64,000 nt of DNA from Vitrella brassicaformis CCMP3155 (taxonomy: Eukaryota; Protista; Chromerida), in the NCBI GenBank assembly GCA_001179505.1, contig CDMY01000592.1, positions 124,001 through 188,000 of the forward strand, written 5' to 3'. How positions within the stretch are numbered: position 1 is the stretch's first letter; every line of letters starts with the position of its first letter. The notes beneath the pieces were generated by a model that saw only the letters and a list, made by a program, of their open reading frames with translations, did no database searches and had not been told where the DNA came from. Positions 60,401-64,000 of the stretch are shown here, one piece after another. Position numbers and translations under genes: made by a program.

Positions 60401-60804
60401 ACAGAAATAACAACTCAGACTGGTGGGAGGCAGGCAGGAAGGACAGACACAAGGGAGGGAGGGAGCGAGGGGGATGCGGGACAGGCAGTGGGGCGGTAGG
60501 CGTCCGTGTCATCGATGTATGTATGTCAGGTTGGACAACGTGGAGTTTTGGGTGGGTGACAGCTTGGCTGCGTACGACGATGAGGGCAACAGCCGGTGTG
60601 CCTTAGAGTTCGACAACCCTGACTTCCCTCCAGGCCGGTTCACACAGCGAGTGCCTCAATGCCCCTGAGGGAAGACACATCTGGGCGGTCTTGCCCCAGG
60701 GACCCACCGATAGGATACTGTCTCTCTGTGAGCTGGAGGTCTTTGCCTTTAGGGAACGACCCAATAGGCTCACCCAGCCATCTGGTTTCAGCTTCCCGGT
60801 CTGA
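57463..60804 (+). CDS. Secreted multi-lectin protein: two SUEL/rhamnose-binding-like domains plus two F-type (FTP/fucolectin) domains; apparent frameshift near 60645
   Basis: Signal-like MQLLHLAALWVQVSVS. SUEL-like C...AWFGR...C...DVTKQL...CDTQRRC...FGSPCAGPKYLQIQYLC, twice. FTP-like QSST...AVDGN...CTHT...PWWRVDL...LSLCEVEV, twice. Confidence 0.85.
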
Positions 60805-61326
60805 TCTGATTCATCCACACTCAGGACATGTATTTGCTGTTTGCTGGCGCATTCGTCCGATCCACCTACCTGCCCATGGATAGGTAGACATGTCTGTAGG
60901 TATATTGCTTGTGGGTCTTTAAGACAGCAGGTATGTATGTAGTTTGGCTTTTTTGACTAGCTTGCTGGTTTGTTGATGTGCTTACAGCGCATGAACATGA
61001 ATGTGCAACTCATGACATGTGCTCTGCCCTCACAATTAAAATTACCCTCGTGTGCTGTGGTCGTCTGGCTATACGTCGTCCTTTACATGAGTACGTCTCA
61101 TCAAAAGGTATGGAGAATTGCCACATCGCAACTGCGGCGGGATATTTGTATCTGTCGATTTCGCCCTGTTGACTCAAGGCGACCACCTGTGGAGTGATCA
61201 GTGACCAATCGAACAACTGATGAATGAATGCTCACACACAGTGTATTCAAGCCCGCGCTTTGTGCGTGTGGGCCATGGATTCGATCCTTCCCACTTCTTT
61301 CGAATGCGAGCTTAACATGCAGGCCG

Positions 61327-64000
61327 ATGTGGACGATGGTGTCCAGATGGTGGTGTGTTGTGGCAGCCGCCGTCTTTGCGTTTTATCTGCTGGGAGGGCA
61401 ATACGACCAGGTCAACAAGGCGTCAGTCACACAACGCAGTGGATGGATCTGTGCGCCACTATCCATGATCAGACGACGTACAATCTGCTCAAAGGATATG
61501 GCTACGTCGACAACAAGCCGACACCAGGTGGCTGATGAATGCACGGGTGGCATGGAGAGGAGCATCTATTTATTCGTTGCGTCCGCCGCCCCATGTTGTT
61601 GGTTGGTTGGTGGTTGACTCAGGGACGCATTACGGGTTGGTAGAGATCAATGAGTCGCGGCGCATCTCTGCGGGGCAGCCGACGTCCCTGGAGGCCTCCC
61701 ACAGCCCGGTGCTGTTTGTGCATGGCGCGCAGGGCAGCTGGAAGCAGCCGCTGCCGGTGGCTCAGCTCACCAATGCCGGGCCGTGCTCCTGCTGTCGAGA
61801 TGCCAACCAGGCGGCCTACCTCAAGTTCTTCACAGTCGACTTCCACAATGAGCCCTCCTCACTCCACCCCTCTATCGTCCATAACCAGGTCGGTGGGTGG
61901 GTGGGAGAGTCAGTAGAGGGAGGAACCAACCGTGGTGGGGGCCAAACAACACACCCTTGGCAGGCCTGTCTATGGTAGACACACAGACAGCTGTGTAGGA
62001 GGACGTCATACACATTGACGCTCTCGATGTGTCTTGCCGTATGTAGGCCGCCTTCGTGGCTGATGCCTTGCGCGTCATTCGCGGGTTGTATGCCGCTCGC
62101 GGGAGGCCAGGGGTGAGGGTGACGGTGCTCGCACACTCAATGGGATCCCTAAGCGTCCTTAAGGTATACAGGTACGTACGTACGTATGTGTGCCGTACGT
62201 AAGTATCCGCGGGCAGAGGCCGGCCGCCCATCTATCTGATCTGGGTGCTGTGCTGTGCTGGTTGGTGTGTTTTGTCAGGCGCTACAGGACCAGCCGGAGC
62301 TCGTCGAGTCTTTGAGTGGTGTAGTGCTCCTCAATCCGCCGCTGTCGGGCCATCCGCTGCTCTTCGACCCGGCCTTGGTCACCCTCTTCAACTCGCTCTA
62401 TGCTGGGGGGGGTGCAAGACCAGACAGGGATAGCGGGCAACCACCGCGACAGCTGCCTCTAGTGGTGCTGGCCTCGGGCATCAAGGATCGGTCGGTGCCG
62501 CCCGAGAGCACCGTCGTCCCACACGTATGGAGGAGGACGAACGGATTGTTCAACCCCATCCACCACGTACGTAAGCAGTCAACTCCCACACACCACACCC
62601 GTCGGGCGTCTAATGCTGCTTGCCAGCTGGCCAGCGAGTCCCTCAGGGGCCGGTGTGGTGTGACCTGGTGTCCGTCTGGTGGATGGATGGATGGATTGAT
62701 GGGTGGGTGGGTGGGTGGGTGCAGGTGATGACATCTGACTTGTCCGACAGCCACGTGCTGTTAACACACGTCAACATCATCTTCGTCACGCCTCTTCTCC
62801 GCCACTACTCCAACATTCTGCACCTGGTGGCTCGAGGCGAGGCGGACCGCCTCGCCGACTGCATGGACATCCAGCACACCCACCTTCCGCACATTAAAGC
62901 ACTGAGATATGGGAGGTGGTGCGGATCCGGCGGGTGGGGTGAGGAGCCCTCTCCACACAAGGACCAAACGACCGGAGGCTCTCTGCCTTTGCTGTCACCT
63001 GGGCTGGCCGTGTGGGCGATGGATGGCGGCGTGCCTGTCACATTTGAGCACCATGTTAGCAACGGGACAGCCTTCTCGCTCGTCGTGAAGGAACCACCAG
63101 GTCAGCCATCTACCCAGCCGGGCAAGGGTGGAGCAACCGCAGCGTGTGTATGCCTCCATTGGCGTATGGTTGGTACCATGTGTGTGTCTCTGTCAGCTGA
63201 TGTCAACGCTTCTCTCGCTGAGGGCGGCACCGGGTCATTTCGGCCACGTGATCGAATGCGGTGCGACAGATACTTCCATGTGGCTTCGCAACCCAGCAAT
63301 CAAGGTATGGATGTATGCATATTCGGGCCGCTACAGCGCACCCGGCCGGCTGCTGGAGTAAAGTGCCTGTCTCCCTCCCTCCTCCCTGGTGTGGTGTCTT
63401 TCTTGTGTCCGACTTGCTCTCCAGTGTCTTGGTCGGTAGTGCGTCCCCTGAGCCGCTTTTATCCCTCCAAGATGTGCTGGTGGGCGGTCGAGGGCCCTGC
63501 CAACCTTCGTGTAACCCGACACAAGCATACCAGCCGGCCGCCGTCTTCGCAAGCCTGGATGGAGGAGAGCTGCAACACCCATACCAAGAGCAGTCACACG
63601 GGCAACAAGGGCTCCCACGGCGGCAGCGTGTGGCGGTGGCTGTGGTCTGCCATCTCCCCGCTGAAGATCAACGTGCCGCCTGGCAGAGCCGCCGTGGGTG
63701 TGCCTCTCCCGATCCCAGAGGGCATGGGGCATCTGCTGCCGTGCGACATCAGCCTGAATGTGGACGTGGCCTCAACCATCCAGCGTCGTGCCAATGGGAC
63801 CAATGTGACTGATGCCCTGGCTGCCGTCGCGGCGGGGCTGGTGCCGACACTCATGGCATGGGGACCATCCACTCTGGCCATTTTTCGACCGAGACACCTG
63901 CCTTTGACGAACGTGCCGCTGGAGCCTCATGGTGGGGTACATTTACCATCGATGTCGGCGGATCGTCACGGCATCCTGCAGCAAGGGAGGGCAAGGGGGA
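61327..64000 (+). CDS. PGAP1: PGAP1/BST1-like GPI inositol-deacylase (alpha/beta hydrolase), 3' end runs out of the window
   Basis: N-terminal anchor WWCVVAAAVFAFYLL, PVLFVHGAQGSWKQ, FFTVDFHNE, VTVLAHSMG (nucleophile elbow), VLLNPPLSGHP, LASGIKDRSVP. Confidence 0.8.

Noticed and set aside
1-64000. Many ORFs containing VCVCV, THTHT, SVCLSV or WMDGWMD
   Set aside because: These are translations of intronic (TG)n, (CA)n, (TCTG)n and (GATG)n microsatellites.
1-64000. Prokaryotic defence systems, CRISPR arrays, operons, transposases, tRNA or rRNA
   Set aside because: The DNA is spliceosomal-intron-rich and eukaryotic. I saw no repeat-spacer array, terminal repeats, RT or transposase motifs, or structural RNA signatures.

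Overview
Intron-rich, gene-dense eukaryotic nuclear DNA, most likely from a photosynthetic alveolate of the chromerid type such as Vitrella (inferred from an LHC gene with a bipartite leader, an ApiAP2-type factor, a sterol reductase and short microsatellite-rich GT-AG introns). I spliced about 27 loci by eye. Recognisable products: Tas-like aldo-keto reductase, WW-less Pin1, cyclin, ICL/PEP-mutase enzyme, small two-domain AP2 factor, FKBP12, DGAT2, RPN7, SGNH esterase, KH+LOTUS protein, arylsulfotransferase-like protein, sterol C14-reductase, ASADH, LHC, MAK21/CEBPZ, SUEL+F-type lectin and a PGAP1-like protein. There are also several orphans, one decayed locus and a 299-N gap. I saw no rRNA, tRNA, CRISPR array or transposase. 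Three features stand out. (1) Twenty genes form ten head-to-head pairs only 109-365 bp apart. (2) A motif GCGAGCT(T/G) recurs in these and other promoters. (3) Many introns carry CA/CAGA repeats near the 5' end and complementary TG/TCTG repeats near the 3' end, suggesting structure-assisted splicing. All gene models and family calls come from manual reading and recall, not database searches.
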